A stretch of 61,968 bases of DNA, filler included, from Porpidia crustulata (GCA_964255105.1; 11 parts of 11 records of this genome joined end to end with filler, not necessarily neighbours in it); one strand, 5' to 3'; shown: positions 23,356 to 37,162, numbered from the whole stretch's first letter. Numbers and translations: made by a program. The notes: generated by a model from the letters alone, not told the origin.

Positions 23356-26175
23356 CTAAGCATAGAGCGCTCCTTCTTTCGGAGAAGTAACGTCTTTGTC
23401 CGTGGTAAAGGAGCAGTGTCCGACGCCGTTGTCATCGTATCCCACAATACCCCACTCGACGGGGAAAAGGTGAGCCTCTTTGTCTTCCTCCGGGCGGTGA
23501 CAGGCAGCGCTGATCGCTGCGCTGCAGGTGGAAGCCATGGGTATTCCCTTGGGATATTTCGATATAAGAGCGGTGAGTATAATCGCAACGGTCACGACTC
23601 CACTAAGTGCTTGAGCTTCAAGCCAGGTATGTCCGTTAGCGAGATCACAAAGATGAATCGATATTTCGAGCAAGACCTACAGGCAATGACGGCGATAGGG
23701 CTGAATGCGACGGCTGAGATCGAACTTTCTGTGTCTCTACTTCCGTCCCAGTTGTAGGCTGCGATACGAATTACAAAAATGCTCTGTGATAGCGTCCAGT
23801 GGAGGACTACCATGGAGAGCATAAGTGGTATCCCATACCTTAGGGGAATCGAGACGAAGTAGGTGGATCTTTGTATTCCTTCTGGGGAGGTAACACGAAG
23901 CGTTTTTCTTTTCTTTGCGAATCCAGCCCATTCATTGCCGACAAGGAGATAAGATATAAAGGCATTGGAGGTCAGATAAAGTAACGAAACACCGAATTGC
24001 CATGAGTTGACAAAGATGATGTTGGAGTAAAGTGCTTCCGTTCCCTGATTATTGTTAGCTTTGATGCCATGCGTACCCCGAATGCCATTTAATGCTAACT
24101 GTTGCTTGAGGTAAGAGACCATTAAGTGAAATCCACAATCTATTGTTAAGACGGCCAAATCCCAGACGGATAAGAGATTTAATGTCTGTGTGTAGGTGCA
24201 TCTGCTTGCAAGCCCGGATAGCAAGACAGACAAAAATAGTCAAATCTACGAACGAGATGATGGATCTACTTAATATTAGATTAGAGTATGCCACAATGTC
24301 AAGTGAGAGCCTTGCGATACATACAACAGTAAATTAGATATCCATCTCCTCAAGCTCAGTGTACGAAACCATCGTACCTTTTCTGGTTGCCACATTCGCG
24401 GATGACGATCTTTCCAACATCCAATATCTCTCTTGATCTCTAATTTGGATATAAGACACATCTTTACTGTGGTTGGATCCGGTGTAATCAGGAACGATGC
24501 AATGGCATCGCCAAGCACAGATAGCGGTGGATCGTTATGTCTTTTGTAGTAAAATAGTGTGTAGACAATGCAAAGGAGTTTGACGAAGTTGAAAATGCAA
24601 ACCACTGAGACCGTGTAAGCAGATTTCTACAACAACCACCCTTCGAGTTTATATCGGCGAGGAAGAAATTAACATACTGATCATGATAGTCAGCGAATAC
24701 TCGACGTCGCATAAATCTTCCGTCGATCTATGGGCTTGAAGACAGTAATCTATCTTATAGCCACCGACGTTCCAGTTTCCTATGGCTTGCTTCCGATTTG
24801 TCTCTCTTTCATTGTCGCTGCTGCCCGCAAAATCTGCCAAGTCTAGCGCACTACAGCTGAAATTGTTCGAGGTCCCACACATCCAAGGGAAGGCGTGTTT
24901 GATTATTCGAACATCGTTTACTCCAGCAATGAGAAGTGAACTGTTGCTGCTATTGACTTCTGAAGAAACCATAATAAGATTTGATTGGTTTCCTGATATA
25001 CTCGAGTCTTGCTGCAAGCAAGTAATTTTATCGATCCTGGTAAATTTCGTTCCGTTAATGGCGTCTTCTTGCAGGATCGGTATACCTGACGGTATAGGTA
25101 TTGTGCTTAGTACCCAAGAAAGGTCCTGCCGAACCAATGTCGAGTCTTGATCGTTGAACAAGCCCCAGACCGTTGTGTTTGCAACTGTGGCCAGTGTTGC
25201 CTCAGTGGCGTTTGCACTCCAGTAGCCCCCAGACAGAAACTGAGGAGTAACGACAGCCCAGAGATAGGTATTGAAAGGTAACGATGGAAATACTGCAGCG
25301 TTATACCTGTTAAGATTGGTCTTGTTAACTAGAATAGCTACAGATGCTCATTAGACTGACTTACACAAAGTGTAAGGGCATAGAAGAGAGGCCCAAGATA
25401 AACCAGACCATCAGGCGAGCCTGACTTATGCTTCGGAGATTTCGCACACTGGGTACTCCTATATCAAGCCATCGAAATCTTTCGTGAGCTCTATCGATTT
25501 CCTTGCGGGTCGGTGCTGCAAGAAGTTGCATAAAAAGATTTGAAGAGCTTAGTAGCAAGGTGCTAAGGACGTTGATTAGGAGGTGCACCCATAGGCTAAT
25601 AGTTTGGGTTCTTATACAACTTCCCTGGTAAATGGTTCCAATTCCATCTTTAGAACCGTATCTGGTTTCTAGAGTAATGGTGCCGGCAAGGTTGAAGAGG
25701 AAGACAATTCCCGCGACTATTGAGCAAGCCAAGAGTGTTATGTCTCTTCGCGAGCGCCATGTTCTAAAAGTGCGCGCTTGAGGATGCGTTGGATCTGATT
25801 TGGGGAACCACGAGCGGAGCGACGCCGACGTTGCATAGCGCTCTTTCGTGTCGTCTTGCCGTGATATTTGTGGATCCGTTGATATATTGGTGATCTCTTC
25901 AGTGTCTATTATTTCATCAGGAGCCATAGAGACATCGGAAGTACCATTCGACTGAGCTGCAAAGACTTGCAAATTCGTCGATGGTGATTGACTCCATCTG
26001 CTTTATTCAGTAATCTTATGTCAAGACTCAAACCTGGTGAAGCATACATGGAAGACTGATATATTTCACCATCATTTGTAGTTAGACTGGGTTGCGGATT
26101 CGGGCCATGCACATCGCCCTGCAGCAGAGGTACCGCTGGAGAGCAGTGCTCTTGCTCGTCGCCACGATGTGTCAT
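23356..26175 (-). CDS. DUF6536 family multi-pass membrane protein (multi-exon)
   Basis: VHLLINVLSTLLLSSSNLFMQLLAAPTRKEIDRAH...WLDIGVPSVRNL; PLSVLGDAIASFL; KTLRVTSPEGIQRSTYFVSIPLRYG; STCSAAISAACH; the junctions checked have in-phase GT-AG introns. Confidence 0.85.
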
Positions 26176-27262
26176 GGATATAGAACTTACAGTAAACAAA
26201 GAATGAGAAATGTTCTGATCTTATGGTGAAAAAGATAGACCTTTAGCAAAGATTTGGATGATACCAAAGAAAAGACATCAGGCAGCTCGGGTTTATCTGC
26301 TGCACACCATCATTGCCACCCATCGAGAATAGGGGCGAGCAGCCTTCTCGGGTGTTCGATCGATCCCTGTGAAGGCAGCATGCCGAGATCTGTTCTATAA
26401 GCGTTCCATTGATTTGCTGTCATCACTACATCTACAGGCCTATTTCTGTGTAACTTACATGATACTGTGACCCGGGAGAGCGGCAGCTTGAACATCACGC
26501 CACAACATTTACCAAGGCGTTGCCCTCGATCCACACGACTTCGCTTTGCCTAGGATAATGACGTGGACAATGAAGGTCTCAGTTGAGCACCGGAGCTAAC
26601 AGTCCTCTTGTGGCTATCATCGTCTGACGGATTGTGCCATTCCGCTGACGACGACATACCTGTGACTCGTGGGGTCCATTTTACTCTCCATGCAAGAGAT
26701 TCGAGTGGAGCTTGTTTGCCTGGGCGATATGCTGCTCAATGGTACCTATTTCCTAATTCAGGCTTGTACCCATATGGAGATGATCGCCTATCCCTTATCC
26801 TTGAGATTGCAAGAATTCACTACATTCCGAAGGACCCTCGGAGCAGATACAGCCGCCGCTCTTAATGCAGCAAGAATCGTCGACCTGTCTTATCGAAATT
26901 TGCTGCTCGTTACAACTTGTCCATCGTCACCTATAGCACCTGTTCGACATTTCATCCGAATGGCTGCCTGGCTTTGTGCAACGCTTCATGCTTCGATAGT
27001 GAATTTGGATATTGAATCAAAACTTGGACCCTGGAGAAACAGAAGCAGCATTGTTCGGAAATTTTATGTTTCTTACTACATTAACATTGAGAGAACTTGA
27101 TCATGTAGTAAGACCTGATTACTCGCACTTTCGTCCTAGATTGAGACCAAACTCTGGTAGGGCGTCTATTTATCAGCATTACCTTTGCTGTGATTATAGA
27201 TTCAACGGGGAAAGGGGCTTTATTTTGGGAAAGGGAATGGCGGGGGGGGGTGGATTGGGGGG

Positions 27263-27351
27263 NNNNNNNNNNNNNNNNNNNNNNNNNNNNNNNNNNNNNN
27301 NNNNNNNNNNNNNNNNNNNNNNNNNNNNNNNNNNNNNNNNNNNNNNNNNNN
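27263..27351. other. Within-scaffold gap (89 N, no linker)
   Basis: N-run lacking TTAATTAATTAA, preceded by a G-rich tract. Confidence 0.95.
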
Positions 27352-27356
27352 CGGCT

Positions 27357-27632
27357 CCCCCATTGAATTCTCCACTGCATTCCCTTTCCCTAATGAATCT
27401 CCCTTCCCCGTTGAATCTCTTGCCAAATTTCTCATTAAATTCAATGAGGAAAGAGAATTCAGCGGGAAACCCAATGAGGAAGAGAATTTTACTGAAGGAA
27501 GAGAATTCAATGAGGGAGAAGGACTATCGATAGGGGAAGGAAAGCAGATAAGGGAGTCAATGAGGGAGGGGGATTTACTAGGGGATAGGAATTTAAATGA
27601 GAAAAGAGACTTCAGTAAGGAAAGAGAATCAA
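27357..27632. repeat. Degenerate short-unit repeat array with inverted halves (probable TE relic)
   Basis: Units like CATTGAATTCTCC on the left and GAGAATTCAATGAGGGA on the right, pivoting near CTCATTAAATTCAATGAG at about 27431-27448. Confidence 0.55.
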
Positions 27633-28481
27633 CTTGTCGATAATTCCCGAAGCGGTCCGATAAATAAGGTTTAGTGCCTCGCTCTGAGGAACATCATGAA
27701 ACGTAGCACTCATTAACGCCTTATCTCAGATGTAAATTTAGATTTTCTGTAATAACTTAAAATTTTCTATATTTATGATCTTCACAACATATTCCGACGT
27801 TTTTTCAAAGCTTTGTATGACATTGTACAAACCCATGATCATGGATAAGCACTTAATTTCCGTCCCTATTTTATTGATGAGGCTTTTCAGGACGAAAGCC
27901 TCTGACCCATCATTTTCCCCCTAACCCACGTGAAATGGCACAACAAGCTGGTTCTCGTCGTGATGAAATGAGATGGTGTTATTGCTCATTTGGATGAAGT
28001 CTGTAGAACGTTATAGTATTGAAACTGCAAATGAAAAAGTTTGATCGCGATGATTGCAAAGCCACGTTGCCGACATCATTGTATGTCCACAATCCAGCCA
28101 AAACCCGCATCTCCGAACCCCAACCTCCCTCTCCAACACCCCACAAGCCCCCTACACTCCACCCANNNNNNNNNNNNNNNNNNNNNNNNNNNNNNNNNNN
28201 NNNNNNNNNTTAATTAATTAANNNNNNNNNNNNNNNNNNNNNNNNNNNNNNNNNNNNNNNNNNNNAATCATAACCAAATAACACTGCCCTCGAACTTTCG
28301 TATAATCATTTAAAAAAAAAGTTATGCTCTGATCTGATAATATAAACGAGAATTACAACTTATACATGACTCATAGCAGCGTCGTCGTCGCATCAATGTA
28401 CAATCAAGACAAACCGCCCAGGAACGCCTTGCTGGGAATTGGAAAAAAAGCACAAGGATATCTATACAACCAGCAGAAGGT

Positions 28482-30476
28482 CTAACGCTCCGCCTCGCGT
28501 TCCGGCCCACCAGCTCCGGTCCCCTCGTCTTTACTCGCGCTACGCGACTTCTTGAGACGGAAAAACTCTCCCAGCGTGGCACTGACACTAGGCGATCGTC
28601 CCGGATCCCTCGCCGCGCCAGCCTCGGCGGGATCGTTGGTGGGTTTCAGTGGAGAGGACTCCAACGGTTCATCTCCAGCCGTGGACTCATCTCCCGTTCG
28701 CCGAGATCCCGATGTCCGCAGACTGGACATGTTTGCGCGTCGACGAGGGTTTACGCCTCTTCGGAGCGAGTCTGCTACGACGGCGCTCAGAGAGGACGAA
28801 AGGGGGGACATCAAGGGTGCGGGAGCCATTCGCGACATTGAGGCTCGGGTGAGAGTGGAGGGTCTGCCCGGTCTGGGACCTGAGAGACGTCTCTGACCCT
28901 GGGCGTGCGGGGTTGATGGACCTGAACGCTGGGCTTCGGAAGGTAGGAGGGGTGAGGATATGGCGTTTTCTATTGGCCGAGGGCGCGTAGATGGAGAGAG
29001 GAGGCTACCGGAAGATTGCCAAGGATCGCTTAGTAGTAGTGCTTCTTGGTCCGTATTTTGGCTTGAGAGTGGTCGCGAGTGGGTCGAGGAAGCATAGGAG
29101 AGCAGACGTTGTGGTGTTTGAGGCTGAGAGTCAGAATGCTGTTGTCGGGATGACCGTCGTATTTCTTTCAGAGGCTTGTCAAATGTGACACTAAGCGATG
29201 ACTGCCGCCTCGCTTGGCTTTCCTCGTTACGCCTAGCCTCAATCTCGTCCTGGTATCGTTCTTCGTCAACGAGGCCTATGGCGTTTTCCTCGTCACCAAT
29301 ATCCTCGCTATCGTCGTTGACTCCTTTTGCTCTTCCGCTCGTGATAAGGTACACGCCCAAGAATGTCAATGTACAGCCACCCACGAATTTAGCCACACGA
29401 TCCAGCGTAGCGGACTCGAAATCCCTGTACAGGATGGCACTTCCAATAATTACTGAAATGGTGAAAAGAACAAACTGAGTAGGAATGACTTGTGTGGAAT
29501 CAAATCGTTGTAGAGCCCGGTTGACGTGGCGGATTTGGAGTATTGCTGTAAGAACCAGTACGAAAATCAAAAGATACGTGACAGGAAAGGTAAAAGCACG
29601 CCAAAGGGTGTCCGAGAGTAGTGATGCAACCCCTTTGGTAGAGAGAGCCGTGTATCCACCGAAAAGCCCAACAAGCCCAAGGTCTATGAGAATCGATTTA
29701 TGTCCATATCTGCCGCTTGCCCACATCAGAATGATGGTAAGACTAGCGGTGATCCCTAGATATAGCTCAAATTCCCATCGTGTAATAGCAGCCCATAGTC
29801 TGTGAGGTCCCATCTTCGTTTCAGTGTTTTTCGCACTCAAGACAACAGTGACCGCGCCAGCGACTGCCACTAAAACACCCCAGAAGTCCTTTTGGCGAAA
29901 CCGCTCTTTCAGCAGCAATGGAGCTATAATGCAATTTGACACGAGGGCTACGACGCCAAGAGGTGACACAATCGAGGCTGGGGCGAATCCGTAGGCTAAG
30001 AAGTTTCCGGCTTCACCAATTGTCATGAGTAGTATACCAGCCCACCAGTATGGCGAGCTTAAGTAAGTCTTCTCATATTCAGAGCTTTGTTTTTCGGACT
30101 TCTTGATACTGGTATCAGAGGAACTTCTAGAATGGCGAGACAGGTCTTCCTGAATTGTGCCATTGCTTTTATTTTCTGCACTCTTGGGACCATCCGACGG
30201 GTTATCAAGATTAAGATGTGCTCTTTCTTCGGCAATCTCGTTCTGTTGTGTTCCGTAGCTTCTAACATAGCTTTGGTTCACGGCGCTGTGTATTCTCCCA
30301 TTTTCGTGGTCCTGCTCTCGGTCAAGTCGTATGTGGGCGTATTTTTGTATGTTCAGAGCAAAGGATATGAGGATGTTTCCAACAATTGCTGTTACGATTC
30401 CAATCAGCGAAGACCATTCTCGAATCTTGTCGTTAACATTGCCATCACTGAGAGACTGGAGGAGTCCTTTCGCCAT
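28482..30476 (-). CDS. NIPA/DUF803 family Mg2+ transporter-like protein
   Basis: GNILISFALNIQKYAH, YLSSPYWWAGILLMTIGEAGNFLAYGFAPASIVSPLG, NRALQRFDSTQVIPTQFVLFT; intronless 664 aa. Confidence 0.92.
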   Translation of the reverse strand: MAKGLLQSLSDGNVNDKIREWSSLIGIVTAIVGNILISFALNIQKYAHIRLDREQDHENGRIHSAVNQSYVRSYGTQQNEIAEERAHLNLDNPSDGPKSAENKSNGTIQEDLSRHSRSSSDTSIKKSEKQSSEYEKTYLSSPYWWAGILLMTIGEAGNFLAYGFAPASIVSPLGVVALVSNCIIAPLLLKERFRQKDFWGVLVAVAGAVTVVLSAKNTETKMGPHRLWAAITRWEFELYLGITASLTIILMWASGRYGHKSILIDLGLVGLFGGYTALSTKGVASLLSDTLWRAFTFPVTYLLIFVLVLTAILQIRHVNRALQRFDSTQVIPTQFVLFTISVIIGSAILYRDFESATLDRVAKFVGGCTLTFLGVYLITSGRAKGVNDDSEDIGDEENAIGLVDEERYQDEIEARRNEESQARRQSSLSVTFDKPLKEIRRSSRQQHSDSQPQTPQRLLSYASSTHSRPLSSQNTDQEALLLSDPWQSSGSLLSPSTRPRPIENAISSPLLPSEAQRSGPSTPHAQGQRRLSGPRPGRPSTLTRASMSRMAPAPLMSPLSSSLSAVVADSLRRGVNPRRRANMSSLRTSGSRRTGDESTAGDEPLESSPLKPTNDPAEAGAARDPGRSPSVSATLGEFFRLKKSRSASKDEGTGAGGPEREAER

Positions 30477-32395
30477 CGAGAGTCACAGGTGCTACAGTGT
30501 CCAAATTGTGGGGCAGAGACTGGTAGTTTTAGGTTCTTCAAGTATGGGCTGCGTAGCTACCGAAAGCTGAGGGCGATTGCGATCGGACTGAAAACATACT
30601 GAGAAATCAGCAGGATACTGGAAGGTAGCAAACAGCCGAAGTGATTTTGCTGTTCCTGTCCATCCATTTGGTTGTTGATTCTTGTCGCTCGAACTCGGCG
30701 AAGACGCAACTTTGAAGACCCTAGCGACGACATAGAAATCTAACTGTATTGGACGCTAGTCTGATTAGTCACGATGACTCCACTGCGCAAATGATTGGCC
30801 ACTACTTACAAACCACAATGGTTTGGTTTACTGCTAGAATTCTCAAGTCTGGCGTTTGACTAGGAGAAGCATTAGCATTTCTTTGTTATCTTCCTTATAT
30901 TCTCTATGGTAACTTACTCATCGTGACTTAATTTAGGAGAAGGAGCAGACTGCAGTAAATAGTGATGTTTCTTCTTGCATGAAGAGAGGAAATGTGCAGT
31001 TCACAACAGGAGGAAGCGGGATTGCCCTTCATGAACAAAAAGAGCATAGTGAAGATGTTCACTTCCTACGAATTTGGGCATTATCGTGGAAATAAAGCTT
31101 GTTATCGACATACCACATTATGACCTTTCCAGAGGATGCAAAGCGCAAACGATTCGTCATAACAGTCAGTCATTCAGAATGGACTTGGAGCTGCGGCCGA
31201 AGAAGAAAGGCATCAGTACCGCTTGTGGGTGGACCCATTCCAATTCATTCCGATTTCATGATGAGAGCTTCTGTCATTGTGCGAGGATCCTCCGCTGCAT
31301 AGACAATAGGAGGAGAGGATGAGGTCAGGTCAAGGGCTGGACGTCACGTCGAACATGAATGGATGGAGACCTGACCATCGGCACCGAGGGACGTATATAG
31401 ATATTGAATATGCGTTTCGGGGAGCCATGGAAACGCAGGTAAAATGGCGTATTCGATGGACGCGCAGATCTGAAATTTCCATATGCTACATCCTAGCCAT
31501 CAACAAATACAATTTCAAGATCTGGCTTTTCAAATAATCTTCCACTCACGACATACCCATGACCATTTCCCCCTCTCATGATTAGGTAGCAAATGAAAGT
31601 AAAATGTTGGAAGCTTGGACTCGTAATGTTCTGCTTGAACATCTCGATAATGAGGCAAGCTTCGACTTTCTGTTCGCAAATGATTGTGGATTTAGTGCAT
31701 GGCTCAATTCTACTTGGGGTTTACATTGATGGATGACAAGGTTCACCGATGAGGTCTTTTCTCATCGGTCTCTAGTCTATTCTGAGATTTCATCAGTTGG
31801 AGTGTGATGTGCACAAACAGACTTAACGGTAGGAAGTGTTGACTATGTTGGTTAGAGCTAAAGTAATTTGCATCATGGTCGAAGCTGGTGAGCATAGTGT
31901 ATCTATCTTTCCCTGCAGGAATCCCACGTCTCGGTCTTCTGAACCTTACCAGCATTGGTCATAGTCTTTTCTGCAAGAAGCAGTTGAGGATCCACCGCAT
32001 CTTGCAGATTCAGGACTCCGTAACTCACCCCCTGACAGTGAGCCAGTCGAATCGAATCCAGCGAAGTTGGTGAGATGGCGGGGAATTATGCACTGATACG
32101 ATGCAAGATGGTCGAATCTCGATGAGTAACCGTCGTCAAGAGTCCGTGATAGGCTGCATTAGGAAGGTTGCAGCTCAATCATCGTGCCCTCGTGAGTGAT
32201 TGCAGTGGTGAGTTACATGGTGTTGAAGTGCGGAGACGATGGCTCAAACCATCTTCTTAATTACATTCACAGTGGCTGCAAAAGTATCCGTCATGGACAG
32301 ATCTTTTACTCATAAGAGCTGGCGAGCTTTCCGCCATGCTTGCTTGAGAAATACATCTGCTGTACAATCGCTTTACCTACGGATAGCCATCCATC

Positions 32396-33809
32396 ATGAG
32401 GTTGCTTCTCTCAGTTCTCGCTTTTTGCATCCATTCGGCTTTTGCAATATGGCCCATACCTGTCAGCTACGAACTAGGACCTTCCGTGCTGTGGATATCC
32501 CGTGACGTTGCATTTTCCTATTCTGTTTTGAACAGCTCCGTAGGTTGAGAAACTGAGCTTCCCCTCACCCGGTCACCAGGGACTGACCTTCTCGCTTAGA
32601 CTCGGCCCACATCGCAAGCCAAAACCAATGCGACTGTCAGTCCATTGAAGGCCTCGGACGTCATTCAGCAAGCCATTGAGCGTACGAAACATACCATCTT
32701 CACCGAGAACTTTATTCCATGGAAATTTCATCCTCGAAATTCCGACTTCGAGCCCTCAAACAGCGACCCAAAGACTTACATCAGCACGGTCACCATCACG
32801 CAAAATGCAACGGATCCAGTCAACGTCTTCAAGTCTCTGGCAGGCGGCGTGGACGAGAGCTATATCTTGAGCATTCCCGCAGGTGGTCACGCCACCATCA
32901 CGGCTAGTTCTAGCATTGGTATACTACGTGCATTGGAGACCTTCACTCAGCTCTTCTACCAGCACTCCCAGTCTGGCGCAGGCGTCTACACCCCATATGT
33001 TCCAGTAGCTATCAGCGATTCCCCCAAATTCAGTCACCGAGGCCTGAACTTGGATGTCGCCCGAAACTACTATGCCCCTTCCGATGTCATGCGCACCATT
33101 GATGCCTTGGCCTGGAATAAGTTCAACCGTCTGCATCTTCATGCTACAGACTCACAGTCGTGGCCATTCGAAGTCCCAGCGTTGCCGGAGTTAGCGCAAA
33201 ATGGTGCATACATGAAGGGTCTTTCCTACAGCCCCGAGGACGTGAAGGATATACAAGAATATGGGGCGTATCGAGGTATAGAGGTCTATGTCGAATTTGA
33301 CATGCCAGGTCACACTGCTTCGATTCATTCTGCGTACCCAGATCTCATCACCGCGTTCAACATCCAACCTGAGTGGGCCACCTACGCCAACGAACCGCCG
33401 TCTGGCCAGCTCAAGCTCAATTCCCCAGCAGTCTACGCTTTCCTAGACAAGTTATGGAAAGACGTTCTCCCTCGATTATCGCCTTATAGCTCTTACTTCC
33501 ACACCGGTGGCGATGAGCTCAACTTGAACGCGTACCTCTTCGATGAAACTGTCAAGTCAAACCTAACGTCTGTTATCCAACCCTATCTTCAGAAATTCGT
33601 GGATTACAACCACGCCAACGTCCGCGCGGCAGGCCTCACCCCAGTAGTATGGGAAGAAATGCTCCTCGTCTGGAACCTAACCCTCGGCCCAGACGTCGTA
33701 GTACAGACCTGGCTCAGCGACCAATCCGTCGCCGACACCGTCGCCAAGGGCCACAAAGCCCTCGTCGGCGACTACAACCTCTGGGTAACAATCCCCCACC
33801 CTACATCCC
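32396..33809 (+). CDS. Beta-N-acetylhexosaminidase, GH20 (3' truncated)
   Basis: Signal peptide MRLLLSVLAFCIHSAFAIWPIP; DSPKFSHRGLNLDVARNY, HLHATDSQSWP, EFDMPGH, catalytic FHTGGDE, VVWEEM. Confidence 0.93.
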
Positions 33810-33909
33810 NNNNNNNNNNNNNNNNNNNNNNNNNNNNNNNNNNNNNNNNNNNNTTAATTAATTAANNNNNNNNNNNNNNNNNNNNNNNNNNNNNNNNNNN
33901 NNNNNNNNN

Positions 33910-34140
33910 GACCGCATCATCTTCCTTTGCGCCGAATCAATCCGCATCTGCGGGATCCTGCTGCAGCCGTACATGCCCGCGAAGATGGCCACGTTGCTCG
34001 ACATGATGGGAGTGGACAAGGGCAGGAGGACGTTTGCGGACACGGCGTTCGGAGTGGATCGGGACTACGGGCGGAGTTTTGTGGATTTGGGGAAGGGGCA
34101 TGTTGGGGTGCTGTTTCCGGTCCTGCAATGTTACGATTAA
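33910..34140 (+). CDS. MSM1: C-terminal fragment of mitochondrial methionyl-tRNA synthetase
   Basis: Frame from 33910 reads DRIIFLCAESIRICGILLQPYMPAKMATLLDMMGV...GVLFPVLQCYD*; not in the ORF track because it lacks a start. Confidence 0.75.
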   Translation, partial: DRIIFLCAESIRICGILLQPYMPAKMATLLDMMGVDKGRRTFADTAFGVDRDYGRSFVDLGKGHVGVLFPVLQCYD

Positions 34141-35752
34141 GGGGCCGCGGGAAACAGTAGGATGGAAGGGGAGGTGTGGAATGTACGGAGTGGGCATGTA
34201 CGGCAGTTTGGGAATCGTGCGTAGGAGTTTTGGCTGGATCCTTGATGCGGCGTATCTCCCTGCCTACCTGCAAGCGTGCACACACCACTTTCAATAGCGT
34301 TTTGCGCCTCTGCTGCAACGATCAATGCTTCTCATCCACGAACAACCTCACAATCAATCCCTAGCCCCTGTTTCAAGATATCTAGGAGACTCCATCTTCT
34401 ATTTCTCCCCCATTTCTCTCAAATTCCTGTAATTTGGAAGCCAGCGCCGGTTTATGTTGCAGAGTCTGGACCACTCTTGCTTGCTGGGGATCTATGGTAG
34501 TAACCTTACAGGCATTCATTTTAGTCTATGTTTTGGGATGGACATCTCGACTTGACTGTTATGTTAATTACCTGGGTCGATCATTGAGATTTGATAGGGT
34601 TTCAAGAGGAAGCATCTCAAGGTCTTGGTGGGTCTCGTACCCTAGGTTGTATGGTGGGTTCTTATACAAGGTGAATCGGTGCTCAACGGCTTTCTAGGAG
34701 CCGTCTGATGCCGCTCACTAGTAAGTATCACCGAATGTGTTGGCACGTTGCTCGCTCTCAGGGAAAATAGGGGAATCCCCGCGACGTTTCCGCAAGATCA
34801 ACAAGTAGCATCGCGTGGGAATTTGGAAACAGTGACAATGAGTTTGCTAACAGCAGAGGACTTACTCTGTTCCTTCGCCAAATATTCGGAATTTAGAGAA
34901 CCGATGGAACTGACCTTTCATTGCAAGGCAACCTCCACAGTAAGGAGCAAGGAAATAAAGGTACTCAGGAACTCGAAAGCTTTTCCAGGGTCGACAGGAA
35001 AGCCCTAGAAAATAGGAGGAGCGAAGATATGAGCCAAGAAATATGCCATCTTGACTAGACTACTATATCGATAAAGAAATCATAAACTACCCAAATTATT
35101 TTCTCCCGAAGCAAGACCGGCTGTAATTCTCTATTTAGCCTCGATTATGCAAAATATTCAATACCGAAGGTTCTGCTCCTGTGAAATCCCTTAGTTAAAA
35201 TTCGAGGCTTCCTAAAAATCTCTTCAGCCCGTCAAATAATACTTTGATTGACGGAAGAGCGCCCCAGTAGCAAAAGCATTGAGCAAGAGCGGGCTACAAT
35301 CTGGTAATAATCCGAAAGCGTTCATGATAGAGTATCCCAACTCCAAGAAGTGCAATTGAAGGAGTTCTCCTATCCAAATGGCCGTTCCAGGTCAAGCTTC
35401 CTTGATCTTTCGTGAGCCAACTGACGATGATTTTCGAGACATGTGTGAAATCGAGCTATAAATATTGTGAAGCAGTTCTAGTGCAACGGTACGATTGCAG
35501 ACCGACCATTTGGACCATTTATTGAGACTTTCGGACCATTATCAATATGATAATGATACCTTCAAAATCCACGGCCACCCAACGAGAAGAGAAGTCGTCG
35601 TGACGGGGTGACGGGGGTCCATACTCCACACTATGCCGATTCAAGCATAGCTTAAATCACGCGTAACTGTGTAGAGTTTCTGCCGTGCGATTCAAATAAA
35701 CTCATTCATTATACACCGCCCTGCTCCGTATCCCGAGCTCAGTGATTCATTA

Positions 35753-37162
35753 ATGTACAGCGTGTTCATGTGTGTTGATCTGTCATCTATCACTGCGTCT
35801 AAATGGAGAGTAAAATGGAAGATCACGCTGGCGTTGGGTGTACTGATTTACATGACGGTCGTTTCTATGCTGAGATACCGAAGAGCTATAAGCCTGCAAC
35901 GGAAATACAACCCCACAACAAGAGAGTCCTTTCGTACAATGAGTACGGATGACGCACAAGCTATTTTGAAAGACCTCACAGAGCTTGAGTTTCCCAAATT
36001 CTTCGGATTTTCTATCATCTTTGCACTCTTCAAGGGAGGTAGCCTATTTCCATGATCGTTGGTTATATGCCGAGTGCTCTTGACGATAGCAGCTTACCTT
36101 CAGCACAGACCTACGGTATTCCAAGTGTTTCATCCCTTCTTGTTGCCACTGGGGAACTCGCAAGCCCTGAGACTGCATCAAAGCGCACTGCCGACACTGG
36201 TGTACTCCTACTTGAATTCGCACTCAACAAACCTTCATCTGAAAGGACCCTTGAATCGATAGCACGCATGAATCACTTGCATAGTCGCTATCAGAAGTCT
36301 GGCAAGATCACGAATTCGGATCTTCTATACACGTTGAGCCTTTTCGCTCTGGAGCCTGGTAGATGGGTAGACAAGTATGAGTGGAGAAGTTTGACTGACA
36401 TGGAGCTGTGTGCTTGCGGCACATTCTGGAAGAGTATGGGTGACGCAATGAAAATATCTTACACACAGCTTCGCTCCTTCGGAACAGGATGGCAAGACGG
36501 TCTACATTGGCTTGAAGATATTAGGGAGTGGAGTCTGATATATGAGGAGAAGTACATGGTACCAGCTACAACCAACAAGCAATTAGCAGATTCGCATCTG
36601 AACGTCTTGTTTCTCAATTTGTCACCCACATGGATTAGTATTGGCAAATCCTTTGTCACTGTCCTCCTAGAGGAAAGGCTCAGAGAGGCGATGATGTAAA
36701 TTATGATGAGCGAATTTACTTTGATAAAGATTATGAAAGCTAATAGTGCCCTAAAGGTTCCCCGACCCCCCTTCCCATTATCATAACCTACTCAGCAGCG
36801 CTCTGAGCATTCGCAAGTTAATTCTAAGACACTTTTTCCTTCCTCGCCCGGAATTCATGCGAAAGCAATACATACCTTCTTGTGCCAGCAAAAAAACAGG
36901 GCGTTTTAACTCTCTCGAGTATTTGTCGCACCCTTGGTATGTCGAGCCGTCCCTCGGTAGACGTTGGGGTCCACGTTCGTGGATGGCTTGGTTACTTGGC
37001 CGCAAGCTGCCCGGTGACGACGGGAATAAATACGCGCCGGAGGGTTATCTGTTCACAGAGATCGGTCCTAAAGCCTCCAGGGGTAAAGGTATCAAGGAGA
37101 TGGACGAAACACGGACAAGGTTTATCGGTCAAAGAAGAGGAGGCTGTCCATTTCCAACTTGA
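35753..37162 (+). CDS. MpaB/rubber-oxygenase-like ER-bound oxygenase (3 exons)
   Basis: ELEFP...FALFK/TYGIPSVSSLL..TGEL...SKRTADT, IARMNHLHSRY, ITNSDLLYTLSLFALEP, PWYV.P...RWGP, GGCPF; first splice donor atypical. Confidence 0.82.
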
